From contig CM059432.1 of the NCBI GenBank assembly GCA_030390025.1, positions 34,536,001 to 34,600,000 of the forward strand: a stretch of 64,000 nucleotides of DNA. The letters run 5' to 3'. This DNA is from Squalus acanthias. Lineage: Eukaryota. The position numbers and the translations under genes were made by a program. Under the pieces are notes generated by a model. It was not told where the DNA came from. It made no database searches and was given only the letters and a program-made list of their open reading frames with translations. This document shows positions 1-12,130 of the stretch, in pieces (the stretch's first letter is position 1; each line of letters opens with the position of its first letter).

Positions 1-560
1 TGCCTGTCACTTTAATTCTCTGCTCCACTCCCACTCTGATCTCTTCATTCTCGGTCTCTTACACTGTTCCAACGAAGCTCAACGTAAGCTTGAGGAACAG
101 CACCTCATCTTTCGATTAGGCACTTTACAACCTTCTAGACTCAACATCGAGCTCAACAATTTCAGACCATAACCTCGGCCCCAATGTTTTCTTTTTTCTT
201 TTTTCTCTTTTTCTCCTCTCACATGGCAGCTGTTGATGATTCTGCCATTGCCATTTACACCTCATCTAGAGTCATCTTTTGTTTTTTAACTTGTCCCATT
301 ACCATCTCCTTTTGCCTTGCACCATCATCCCTTTTGTCTCTTAATCTCTCCTGCCTTCCATCCTATCACAGACCTTCCCTTTGTTCTTTCCTCCCCTCCT
401 CCCTTTCCCTGCCCCTACACTTGTTTAAAAATCTGTTACTTCTCCAACTTTTTCCAGTTCTGTCGAAGGGTCATCGACCTGAAACATTAACTCTGTTTCT
501 CTCTCCACAATGCTGCCTGATCTGTTGAGTGTTTCCAGCATTTTCTGTTGTTATTTTATA
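1..560 (+). mobile_element. 3' end of a Penelope-like retroelement (GIY-YIG C-terminus, pyrimidine-rich spacer, terminal region with degenerate hammerhead)
   Basis: About 90-170 translates as EEQHLIFRLGTLQPSRLNIELNNFR, typical of the end of Penelope-type GIY-YIG ORFs. A hammerhead-like motif follows at 456-492. Confidence 0.75.
456..492 (+). ncRNA. Degenerate minimal hammerhead ribozyme motif
   Basis: AGTT-CTGTCGA-AGGGTC ATC GACCT-GAAA-CATT-AACT: stem I AGTT/AACT, core CTGANGA with one substitution, stem II, GAAA. Confidence 0.55.
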
Positions 561-1134
561 AAAGGTCCAATGGAATCTTTCAAAGAAGAGCTGGATAGTT
601 CAATTGTTGGGCCCTTGCTGTGCACATATTGGGTGTCACGTTTCCCCTACATTACATCAGTGACTGCACTTCAAAAGTACTTCACTGCTGTGAATTACTT
701 GGGGATGTCTTGAGATTGTGGAAGGTAGTATATAAATGCAAGTTTAGTTTACCCAGATGGAAAATTCCCGACTATAGTTATGCTATCTCTTTAACTGATA
801 CAGTGCCACCACCCCTTTAATATATTTTTAGCTGTTTGGTAATTCTCACTGCCACCAATTCCGATAGAAAATGAGTTTAATGTACCATTTTGTTTTCTTT
901 GGATCAGATATGTTTCTGATCAGTATACCCCATCTCTCACTCTTACTGTTTAATCAGGACTGACACCAGAGGATAAATTGTTTCAAAACCGCACAGTTCT
1001 AAGTAGAGCAATCGATACATCATAACACATGGGCGGTGTGAAAACCAGTTGAAAATCTATCAGGCACTCAGCCGCTAGTTGAACTTGCTCAGATCTCAGG
1101 ATCCGTCTCTTTGATCAGGAGGTGGTCAAGATTG

Positions 1135-1310
1135 CTCCATTCAGTGGTCAAATACACCGCTCAGTCTGGGTACTGAGCCATACAGACAAGGAAGATCCCA
1201 GGTAGCATGCGCTGAGTTATAGCTGATCTCAGTCAGGGCAGCAATAAGGGGCTACAATTGGCCTCATCACCCCTTGATTAGGAAGGGGCAAGAAAAAAAT
1301 AAATCAGCTT
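1135..1310 (+). mobile_element. Old tRNA-derived SINE fragment (AmnSINE2-like); related copies at about 14790-14960 (-) and 17840-18035 (-)
   Basis: Motif GCTGAGTTA..GCTGATCTCAG..CAATTGGCCTCA..CCCT..AAATCAGC recurs, reverse-complemented, at the other two sites. Family name recalled, not verified. Confidence 0.45.
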
Positions 1311-1389
1311 TCTCGCAATCGGGTGATAATCCGCCCCCCCCCCCCCGCCCCGCCAACCCCACACCCATCCAACCCCAGCAAGTGCTGTT

Positions 1390-1685
1390 CTTCCAATGAG
1401 ATGTTAAATGCCTGGTCTGCATGTTCAGGTGGATGCTAAAGATCTATGGCACAATTTAAGGAGAGCAGGGGAGTTCTTTCGGTGTCCTGGTCAACATACA
1501 GTCTCAACCAACACCACCAAAGAACAGACTAACTGGTCATTCATTCATCTCGCTGCTGTCTGTGGGCGCTTGCTGTTCACAAAATGGCTGCCTTTTTTAC
1601 CGACAGAACAACAGGGGAGTGGACGTCAAAGCAATTCGAAGCGATTTGGGAGATCCTGAGAGAGGTGATGATGGCGCTATTCAGT
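1390..1685 (+). mobile_element. Deu-domain SINE fragment (SacSINE1-like)
   Basis: CAGGTGGATG.TAAAGATC..GAGCAGGGGAGTT core, as in the full copies at 37092 and 53838. Confidence 0.65.
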
Positions 1686-1729
1686 TTTCTGAATTTTCAC
1701 TGAGAAACAAAATAGCATCAAACCAGCAG

Positions 1730-1743
1730 CCACCAGGGGGCAG
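1730..1743 (+). promoter_or_regulatory. Candidate CTCF binding site
   Basis: CCACCAGGGGGCAG matches the CTCF core consensus and lies in non-repeat sequence. Confidence 0.45.
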
Positions 1744-2019
1744 TTGTAACTCAGACCTGCACAGAGGCACTTTACAGAGCACCCAGACTGTTTGTTTACG
1801 TGGGACCTTTACCCTGGAGCCCCGAGATGGCCACATCAAATTTTACATGTAGCTACTAACATATCTATGTGTTCAGATCTACAATCCATTCACCATTCTG
1901 AACCTCTCCGCTGTCAAATTCAAACAGAGAAAGCAACAGAGCAAGAAATAAAAATGGAGACCGAGGTGCCGGGGCTTCAGGCCCCGATAAGGCCGACAGG
2001 CAGTAATTTGGGCACGACT

Positions 2020-3065
2020 GCTCTACACACAAGGAAGATGGTTGTGGTGATTGAAGGTCAATTATCACAGCCCCAGGAGTTCCTCAGGGCAGTGTCCTAG
2101 GCCCAACCATCTTCAGCTGCTTCATCAATGACCTTCCCTCCAAGGTCAGAAATGGGGATGTTCGCTGATGACTGCACAGTGTTCAGCGCCATTCACAACT
2201 CCACAGATAATGAAGCAGTCCATGCCCGCATGCAACAAGACCTGGACGACGTTCAGGCTTGGGCTGATAAGTGGCAGGTAACATTCGCGCCACAGAAGTG
2301 CCAGACAATGACTATCTCCAACAAGCGAGAGTCTAAACATCGCCCCTTGACATTCAATGGCATTACCATCACCGAATCCCCCACCATCAACATCCTGGGG
2401 GTCACCATTGAACAGAAACTTAACTGGACCAGCCACATAAATACTGTGGCAACAAGAGCAGGCCAGAGGCTAGGTATTCTGCGGCGAGTGTCTCACCTCC
2501 TGACTCCCCAAAGCCTTTCTACCATCTACAAGGCACAAGTAAGGAGTGTGATGGAATACTCTCCACTTGCCTGGATGAGTGCAGCTCCAACAACACTCAA
2601 GAAGCTCGACAACATCCAGGACAAAGCAGCCCACTTGTTTGGCACCCTCTCTACCACCTTAAACATCCACTCCCTCCATCACCGGCGTACCGTGGCTGCA
2701 GTGTGTACCATCTACAAGATGCACTGCAGCAACTCGCCAAGGCTTCTTTGGCAACTCCTTCCAAACCCGCGACCTCTACCACCTAGAAGGACAAGGGCAG
2801 CAGACGCATGGGAACACACCATCTCCAAGTTCCCCTCCAAGTCACACATCATCCTGACTTAGAAGTATATCGCCGATCCTTCATCGTCGCTGGGTCAAAA
2901 TCCTGGAACTCCCTACCTAACAGCACTGTGGGATTACCTTCACCACACAGACTGCAGCGATTCAAGAAGGCGGCTCACCACCACCTTCTCAAGGGCAATT
3001 AGGGATGGGCAATAAATGCTGGCTTTGCCAGCGACGCCCACATCCCATAAAAACGAATAAAAAAA
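2020..3065 (+). mobile_element. 5'-truncated non-LTR retrotransposon (RT C-half plus 3' tail), same family as 4461-7682
   Basis: ORF 2128-2862 has FADD and the RT C-terminus. Ends in GGGCAATAAATGCTGGC..CACATCCCAT plus an A-rich tail. Confidence 0.9.
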
Positions 3066-3601
3066 CTTCACACCCAGACTCATACTTACACTTAAAAGTG
3101 GCAAGCTGGGAACTGAATTTGATAAATCTGTGAAAGAAAACGTTACAAAAAGCCAGGGAATGGAACCTGTTACCCATACCCAGATGCGGCCTACATGTGA
3201 CTCCAGTCCTCCTGTCGAGCCACGAGGCAACCCCATCTCAGGGAAACTAGGATGGGCAGTAAATGAGGCCTTTCTAACATCAGACAGAGGTCTGTTCAAG
3301 ACAGAAGTCATTACATTTTTGGGAACAAAGGGAATCAAGGGATATGGGGATATTGCGGGAAGGTGGAGTTGAGGTAGATTAGCCATAATCTTGTTGAATG
3401 GCGGAGCAGGCTCGAAGGGCCAAATGGCCTACTTCTGTTCCTAATTCTTATGTTCTTATGTTTTTATCAGCTACTTTCCAAGAACAGATTTAAAAACACG
3501 GCATACTGGCATTTATTGCACGCACGTGCATAGACTCAAAAGACATAACCATGGGGTCACTGTGTAAGTGGGAGCTGTGTTATATGCTGGAACTCTCACA
3601 C

Positions 3602-3923
3602 TAGGGTTTCAAACCCTTCTGGATTGTCCAGGAATTAACGACTAAGCTCCCAGACATTGCTGCGAGCGACCCGGTAGAAAAATAAAGGGCCATAAAAAAT
3701 ATCGGAGATGGAGGGAGAAATGGCTGTTTGATTCACAGCCAAGAATCACCCAAACGGGCGACTAAGAGACTGTTCTCTTTCCGATTGGCATGGGAAGACG
3801 GGGCACCGCAAGGATGGATGTGTCGGGCGACCAATGGCGGGAGCGTTGGGGCGGGGTGGTTGAAGACGGGAGGTCATGTGATAAAACCTCACGAAATACG
3901 GCCAACCAAAGTTGACTACCCTA
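3602..3923 (-). mobile_element. hAT-type MITE
   Basis: Termini TAGGGT...ACCCTA, flanked by a near-perfect 8-bp TSD (TCTCACAC/CCTCACAC). Interior matches 40679-40942 in reverse orientation. Confidence 0.7.
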
Positions 3924-4054
3924 CCTCACACACACAGACATGTACAACTTTCTACACAAGAAGAGGCAATTGGCTTTGCATAGATGTCCATTTTAACCCA
4001 TTCTTCCTTGGAGAACAACAGACAGAGAGGATCAGGTTACATAGGAATTTCGGA

Positions 4055-7000
4055 ACATAGGAACAGGAGTAGGTCATTCAGCCCCTCGAGCCTGTTCCAC
4101 CATTCAATTAGATCATGGCTGATCTGTATCTCAACTCTATTTACCGGCGTTTGTTGCATATCCAATATCCTTACCTAAGAAAAATCTATCAATCTCCATT
4201 TTGAAATTTTCAATTGACCTAGCCTCAACAGCTTTTTGGGGGAGAGAATTCCAGATTTCCACTACCCTTTGTGTGAAGACATGCTTCTGACATCACCCTT
4301 GAATGGCCTAGCTCTAATTTTAAGGTTATTCCCCCTTGTTCTGAACTCCCCCACCAAAGGAAATAGTTTCTCTATCTACCCTATCAAATATTTTAACCAT
4401 CTTAAACACCTCAATTATATCACCCTTAATCTTCTATACTCAAGTGAATACAAGCCTAGTTTATTTATTTTTTATTCATTCCTGGGATGTGGGCGTCGCT
4501 GGCAAGGTCAGCATTTATTGCCCATCCCTAATTGCCCTTGAGTAGGTGGTGGTGAGCCGCCTTCTTGAACCGCTGCAGTCCTTGTGGTGAAGGTACTCCC
4601 ACAGTGCTGTTAGGGAGGGAGTTCCAGGATTTTGACCTAACGACGATGAAGGAACGGCGATATATTTCCAAGTCAGGATGATGTGTGACTTGGAGGGGAA
4701 CTTGGAGGTGGTGGTGTTCCCATGCATCTGCTGCCCTTGTCCTTCTAGGTGGTAGAGGTCGCGGGATTGGGAGGTGCTGCCGAAGACGCCTTGGTGAGTT
4801 GCTGCAGTGCAACTTGCAGATGGTACACACTGCAGCCACGGTACGCCGGTGGTGGAGGGAGTGAATGTTTAAGGTGGTGGATGGGCTGCCAATCAATTGG
4901 GCTGCTTTGTCCAGAATGGTGTTGAGCTTCTTGAGTGTTGTTGGAGCTGCACTCATCCAGGCAAGTGGAGAGTATTCCATCACACTTCTTACTGTGCCTT
5001 GTAGATGGTGGAAATGCTTTGGGGAGTCAGGAGGTGGGACACTCGCCGCAGAATACCCAGCCTCTGACCTGCTCTTGTTGCCACAGTATTTATGTGGCTG
5101 GTCCAATTCTGTTTCTGGTCAATAGTGACCCGCAGGATGTTGATAGTGGGGGATTCGGCGATGGTAATGCCGTTAAATGTCAAGGGGCGGTGGTTAGACT
5201 CTCGCTTGTTGGAGATAGTCATTGCCTGGTACTTGTGTGGTGCGAATGTTACCTGCCACTTATCAGCCCAAGCCTGAATGTCGTCCATGTCTTGCTGCAT
5301 TCGGGCATGGACTGCTTCATTATTTGAGGAGTTGCGAATGGAACTGAACACTGTGCAATCATCAGTGAACATCCCCACTTCTGACCTTATGATAGAGGGA
5401 AGGTCATTGATGAAGCAGCTGAAGATGGTTGGGCCAAGGACACTGCCCTGAGGAACTCCTGCAGCGATGTCCTGGGGCTGAGATGATTGACCTTCAACAA
5501 CTACAACCATCTTCCTTTGTGCTCGGTATGACTCCAGCCAGTGGAGAGATTTCCCCCCCGATTCCCATTGACTTCAGTTTTACTAGGGCTCCTTGATGCC
5601 CCACTCGGTCAAATGCTGCCTTGATGTCAAGGGTAGTCACTCTCACCTCACCTCTGGAATTCAGCTCTTTTATCCATGTTTGGACCAAAGCTGTAATGAG
5701 GTCTGGAGCCGAGTGGTCCTGGTGGATCCCAAACTGAGCATGTTATTGGTGAGTAAGTGCTGCTTGAAAGCACTGTCGACAACACCTTCCATCACTTTGC
5801 TGATGATTGAGAGTAGACTGATGGGGTGGTAATTGGTCGGATTGGCTTTGTCCTGCTTTTTGTGGAAGGACATATCTGGGCAGTTTTCCACATTGTCGGG
5901 TAGATGCCAGTGTTGTAGCTGTACTGGAACAGCTTGGCTAGAGACGCGGCTAGTACTGGAGCACAAGTCTTCAGCACGACAGCTAGGATGTTGTCAGGGC
6001 TCATAGCCTTTGCTGTATCCAGTGCGCTCAGCCGTTTCTTGATATCACTTGGAGTGAATCAAATTAGCTGAAGACTGGCTTCTGTGATGACCTCAGGAGG
6101 AGGCCAATATGGATCATCCACTCGGCACTTCTGGCTGAAGATGGTTGCAAACGCTTCAGCTTTGTCTTTTGCACTCGTGTGCTGGGCTCCACCATCATTG
6201 AGGATGGGGATATTCATGGAGCCTCCTCCTCCCATTAGTTGTTTAATTGTCCACCACCATTCACGACTGGATGTGGCAGGACTGCAGAGCTTTGATCTGA
6301 TCCGTTGATTGTGGGATCGCTTAGCTCTGTCTATAGCATGCTGCTTCCGCTGTTTAGCATGCATGTAGTCCTGTGTTGCAGCTTCCCCAGGTTGGCACCT
6401 CATTTTTAGGTATGCCTGGTGCTGCTCCTGGCATGCTCTTCTACACTCCTCATTGAACCAGGGTTGGTCCCCTGGCTTGATGGTAATGGTAGAGTGAGGG
6501 ATATGCTGGGCTACGAGGTTACAGATTGTGATGGAATACAATTCTGCAGCTGCTGATGCCCCACAGCGCCTCATGGATGCCCAGTTTTGAGCTGCTAGAT
6601 CTGTTCTGAATATATCCCATTTAGCACGGTGGTAATGCCACACAACAGTGTGAAGACGGGACTTCGTCTCTACAAGGACTTTGTGTTGGTCACTGCTACC
6701 AATGCATCTGCAACAGGTAGATTGGTGAGGACGAGGTCAAGTAGGTTTTTCCCTCGTGTTAGGTTCTCTCACCACCTGCCACAGTCCTAGCCTGGCAGCT
6801 ATGTCCTTCAGGACTCAGCCAGCAGCGGTGCTACTGAGCCACTCTTGGTTATGGACATTGAAGTCCCCCACCCAGAGTACATTCTGTGCCCTTGCTACCA
6901 CCAAGGTGTTCAACATGGAGGAGTACTGATTCATCAGCTGAGGGAGGGCAGTAGGTGGTAATCAGCAGGAGGTTTCCTTGCCCATGCTTCATTGGGTCCA

Positions 7001-7910
7001 GAGTCAATGTTGAGGATTCCCAGGGCCAGTCCCTCCCGACTGTATACCACTGTGCCGCCACCTCTGCTGGGTCTGTCCTGCCGGTGGGACAAGACATACC
7101 CAGGGATGGTGATGGAGGAATCTGGGACATTGGCTGAAAGGTATGATTCTGTGAGTATGACTATGTCAGGCTGTTGCTTGACTAGTCTGTGGGACAGCTC
7201 TCCCAATTTTGGCACAAGTTCCCAGATGTTGGTGAGGAGGACTTTGCAGGGTTGACTGGGCTGGGTGTGCCGTTGTCATGTCCGAAGCTGGTGCCAAGGT
7301 CGATGCCAGGTGGTCCGTCCAGTTTTATTCTTATTGTTTTCTGTAGTGGTTTCATTCTTGTTATTGTGTTTCGTAGCGGTTGTGTACAACTGAGCGGCTT
7401 GTTAGGCCATTTCAGAGGGCAGTGGGTCTGGAGTCACATGTAGGCCAGACCTAGTAAGGACGGCAGATTTCCTTCCCTGCAGGGCATTAGTGAACCAAAT
7501 GGGTTTTTACGAAAATCCGGTAGTTTCATGGTTACCATTACTGATACTAGCTTTTTATTCCAGATTTACTGAATTTAAATTCCCCAGCTGCCATGGTGGG
7601 ATTTTAACTCACGTCTCTGGGTCATTAGTCCAGGCCTCTGGATTACTAGCCCAGTAACATAACCACTATGCTACCGTTCCCGGTAACGTCCTGATAATTT
7701 AGCCCTTTAAGCCCCAGTATCATTCTGGTAAATCTACGCTGCACCCCCTCCAGAGCCAATATATCCTTCCTGAGGTGCGATACCCAAAACAAAATGCAGT
7801 ACTGCAGATGGGGTCTGGCCAAGACTCTGTACAACTGAAGCATCGTTCCTCCCCTTTGTATTCCAGGCCCCTCGAGATAAAGGAAAACATTCCAGTAGCC
7901 TTTTTCATTA
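4055..7910 (-). mobile_element. CR1 3' fragment split by the 4461-7682 insertion (host parts about 4055-4460 and 7683-7910)
   Basis: CR1 tail at 4055. Host sequence AATACAAGCCTAGTTTAT resumes as TAACGTCCTGATAATTTAG. ORF 7646-7843 encodes the CR1 RT C-terminus. Confidence 0.8.
4461..7682 (-). mobile_element. Apparently full-length, degenerate single-ORF non-LTR retrotransposon (APE endonuclease + RT) with a tRNA-like 5' head
   Basis: Minus-strand ORF pieces: APE (QQPDIVILTESYL), linker, NYHPISLLS, GVPQGSVLGP, FTDD, 3' tail. The head has an A-box TAGCATAGTGG and a B-box-like GAGTTAAAATCCC. The host CR1 rejoins across both ends. Confidence 0.85.
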
Positions 7911-8039
7911 CACGTGAGTCAGCGACTTTAGGAGGAGCTGTGGAAAGAAGAGAAATGGGGGAAAAACACATCTGTAAGCACTGGTGAGCTGTCAGCTGTC
8001 CCTGGTCTCTCACCTCAGAGTCTTGGGCTCATGGCTGTC

Positions 8040-8595
8040 TCCCTCTGGTGCGGTGCCCAGAACTGAACCCAATACTCCAGATGTGATCTAACCAGAGGTT
8101 TATACAACTGTAGCATAACTTCCACCCTTTATATTCCAGCCCTTTTGAAATAAATGCCAACATTCCAGTAGCCTTTTTAATTATTTTTTGTGACTGTCCA
8201 CTAATTTTTAGTGATTTCTGTATTGGGACCCCTAAATCTCTCTGGACCTCCACAGCTTCTCGCCATTTAGAAAATACTCTGATCTATCTTTCATAGGTTT
8301 ATAGTGGGCGACCTCACATCTCTCCATATTGGCCACAGTTTTGCCCACTCACTTGATCTATCAATGTCCCTTTGCAACTTTCTGCTCCTATCTACACTAC
8401 TTACTGTGCCACATATCAGCAAACCTGGATATACGGCTCGCTATTCCATCATCTAAGTAATTTATAAATATAGCGAAAAGCTGAAGGTCCCGGTACAGAT
8501 TGCTGGGAGACACCAATTGTCACATCCTGGCAATTTGTGTACATCCATTATCCCTACTCTCCGTCTCCTACCTCCTAACCAATTCTTTACCCAGG
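8040..8595 (-). mobile_element. CR1 RT fragment
   Basis: ORF 8029-8253 (QRDLGV..KKATGMLAFISKGLEYK). Confidence 0.8.
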
Positions 8596-8649
8596 GTTGA
8601 CAGGGTTGGGGTGTGTGTGCAGAAACACTTCCACTTGTACTGGACCCAG

Positions 8650-8955
8650 GAAAGAAAGGACTTGCATTTTTATTGCACCTTTCACAACCTCAGGACGTCA
8701 TAAAACCATTCACAGTACTGTAATGAAGTACTTTTGAAGTGTCATAATGTAGAAAATGCAGCAGCCAAATTGCACAAACCAAAGTCCCACAAACAGCAAT
8801 GGGATAATCTGTTTTAGTGATGTTGGTTGAGGGATAAATAATGGCCAGGACACCAGAAGAACTCCCCTGCTCTTCTTCCAATAGTGTCATGGGATCTTTT
8901 ACATCCACCTGAGAGAGCAGACAGGGACTCGGTTTAACATCTCATCCGAAAGATG
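8650..8955 (-). mobile_element. Deu-domain SINE (SacSINE1-like), 5'-truncated
   Basis: Deu core plus the L2-type tail. Confidence 0.75.
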
Positions 8956-9129
8956 AGATTGAGCCAAGGCTGGCGCCTGGCTGCCTGTTATTCCAAAGTC
9001 AGGATGTTTCTATTACACACTGTACTCAATATAAAAATAGTCACAGGCTGCGTTAAAATGGAACATGTTCCGTGAAGAACCCTCCAGAGATCTGCGAAAG
9101 AAGCAGGTTTTTAACATCTTTCCTTTTAG

Positions 9130-12100
9130 AAAAGCTGACCATGGCACCATGGTGCAGGAGGCCATTCAAGTGGGGGGAGTGAAAGGGAATGTAGTTGTGG
9201 TAGGGGACAGTATAGTCAGGGGGATAGAAACTGTTCTCTGCAGCTGCGACCAAGAACTCCGAAGGTTGTGTTGCCTGCCCGGTGCCAGGGCTAAAGATAT
9301 CTCCTCGCGGCTGGAGAAGAACTTGGAGTGGGAGGATCCAGTTGTCGTGGTCCACATAGGAAGCAATGTCATAGGTAGAACTAGGAATAAGGTTCTGCTG
9401 ATGGAGATTGAGGAGCTAGGATCCAAAGTAAAAAGCAGAACCTCAAAGGTAATAATCTCTGGATTGTTACCTGAGCCACGCGCAAATTGGCATAGGGACA
9501 AACAGATTAGAGGTTTAAATGCGTGGCTCAAAGAGTGGTGTAGGAGGGAGAGGTTTCAGTTCATGGGGCACAGGCATCAGTATTGGGGAAAGAGGGAGCT
9601 GTTCCGTTGGGACGGGCTCCACTTAAACCGGGCTGGGACCAGTGTCCTGGCAAACCGAATAACTAGGGCAGTAGACAGGGCTTTAAACTAATGAAGGGGA
9701 GGTGCGAGGATTCAGGAAAGAGTAAATTTAAAAGCAGTGAGGGATATGTCAAGGCTCTAGAGCAGAGTAGAGTTTTGGGTAAAAATAAGCAGAGTGGGTC
9801 AGGAAAGGACAGAGAGAATAACAAAGGTAATAAGTCATCAGTGACTAAGGGGACATCAGGGAAAAATAGAAATATGTCAAAGCTAAACCCCCTGGACCTG
9901 ATGGCCTACATCCCAGGGTTTTGAAAGAGTTGGCTATAGAGATAGTGGATGCATTGGTTGTCATTTTCCAAAATTCCACAGATTCTAGAACAGTTCCCAT
10001 GGATTGGAAGGTAACGAATGTATCCCCACTATTTAAGAAAGGAGGGAGAGAGAAAACAGGGAACTACAGACCAGTTAGCCTGACATCAGTAGTAGGCAAA
10101 ATAATAGAATCTATTATTAAGGACGTGGTAACAGGGCACTTAGAAAATAATAATCGGATTGGGAAGAGTCAACACGGATTTATGAAAGGGAAATCGTGTT
10201 TGACGAATCATAGAATCATAGAAAAATTATGACACAGAAGGAGGCCATTCGGCCCATCGTGTCCGTGCCAGTTGGAAAAGAGCTACCCAGCCTAATCCCA
10301 CCTTCCAGCACGAGGTCCGTAGCCCTGTAGGTTACGGCTCTTCAAGTGCACATTCAATTAAATCTCCCCTCTGTTCTAAGGAAAACAACCCCAGCCTATC
10401 CAATCTTTCCTCATAGCTAAAGTTTTCCAGTCCTGGCAATATCCTCGTCAATCTCCTCTGCACCCTCTCCAGTGCAATCACATCTTTCCTGCAATGTGGT
10501 GACCAGAACTGCACACAGTACTCAAGCTGTGGCCTAACCAGTGTTGTATACAGTTCTAGCATAACTTCCCTGCTCTTCTATTCTATGCATCGGCTAATAA
10601 AGGAAAGCATTCCGTATGCCTTTTTAACTACTTTATCGACCTGTCCTGCTACCTTTAAGGATCTGTGGACATACACTCCAAGGTCCCTCTGTTCCTCCAC
10701 ACCTCTCAGTATCCTCCCATTAATTGTGTATTCCCTTGCCTTGTTGCCCCTCCCCAATTGCATTACCTCACACTTTCCCGGATTGAATTCCATTTGCCAC
10801 TTTTCTGCCCAACTGACCAGTTCATCGATGTCTCCCTACAATCTGAAGCTTTCCTCCTCACTTCAACCACCCGGTTAGAGTTTTTTGAGGTTGTAACTAG
10901 CAGAATAGATAAGGGGGAACCAGTGGATGTGGTGTATTTGGATTTTCAGAAGGCATTTGATAAGGTGGTGCCACACAAGAGGTTATTAAGCAAAATTAGG
11001 GCTCATGGGATTGGTGGTAATATACTAGCATGGATTGAGGATTGGTTAACGGACAGAAAACAGAGAGTAGGAATGAACGGGTCATTTTCGGGTTGGCAGG
11101 CTGCAACTAGTGGGGTACTGCAAGGATCAGTGCTTGGGCCTCAGCTATTCACAATCTATATCAATGATTTGGATGAGGGGACCAAATGTAATATATCCAA
11201 GTTTGCTGATGATACAAAGCTGGGTGGGAATGTAAGTTGTGAGGAGGATGCAAGGAGGCTTCAAGGGGATATAGACAGGCTAAGTGAGTGGGCAAGAACA
11301 TGGCAAATGGAATATAATGTGGAGAAATATGAAGTTATCCACATTGGTAAGAAAAATAGTAAAGCAGAGTATTTTTTAAATGGTGAGAGATTGGGAAATG
11401 TTGGTATTCAGAGGGATCTGGATGTCCTTGTACACGAATCACTGAAAGTTAACGTGCAGGTACAGCAAGCAATTAGGAAAGCAAATGGTATGTTGGCCTT
11501 TATTACAAAAGGATTTGAGTATCAGAGTAAAGACGTCTTACTGCAATTATATAGGGCCCTGGTGAGACCACACCTGGAGTATTGTGTACAGTTTTGGTCT
11601 CCTTACCTAAGGAAGGATATACTTGCCATTGAGGGAGTGCAACAAAGGTTCACCAGACTGATTCCTGGGATGGGGGGATTGTCCTATGAGGAGAGATTGA
11701 GTAGGCTAGGCCTATATTCTTTAGAGTTTAGAAGAATGAGAGGTGATCTCATTGAAACATAGAAAATCCTTACAGGGCTTGACAGGGTAGATGCAGGGAG
11801 GATATTTCCCCTGGCTGGGGAGCCTAGAACCAGGGGCCACAGTCTCAGAATAAGGGGTCGGCCATTTAGGACTGAGATGAGGAGAAATTTCTTCACCCAG
11901 AGGGTGGTGAATCTTTGGAATTCTCTACCCCAGAGGGCTGTGGAGGCTCAGTCATTGAGTATATTCAAGACAGAGATCGATAGATTTTTGGGTATTAACG
12001 GAATCAAAGGATATGGGGATAGTTCAAGAAAGTGGAGTTGAGATAGAAGATCAGCCATGATCTTATTGAATGGTGGAGCAGGCTCGAAGGGCCAAATGGC

Positions 12101-12130
12101 CTACTCCTGCTCCTATTTCTTATGTTCTTA
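9130..12130 (+). mobile_element. CR1 LINE: ORF1 SGNH esterase joined to ORF2 RT, endonuclease missing; interrupted by an antisense CR1
   Basis: ORF 9065-9691 (VVVGDSIVR, CCLPGA, VVHIGSN, DGLHL) and RT ORFs 9921-10232 and 10665-11762 (FADD). Tail TTCTTATG at about 12120. Confidence 0.9.
10210..10873 (-). mobile_element. 5'-truncated CR1 inserted antisense into the 9130-12130 CR1
   Basis: Starts with the tail ATAGAATCATAGAA; ORFs 10332-10562 and 10578-10793. Host KSCLTN..LEFFE rejoins across the insert. Confidence 0.85.

Noticed and set aside
9065..9691. Host SGNH/GDSL lipase gene
   Set aside because: It is the CR1 ORF1 esterase domain, adjacent to RT sequence and also present at 25819.
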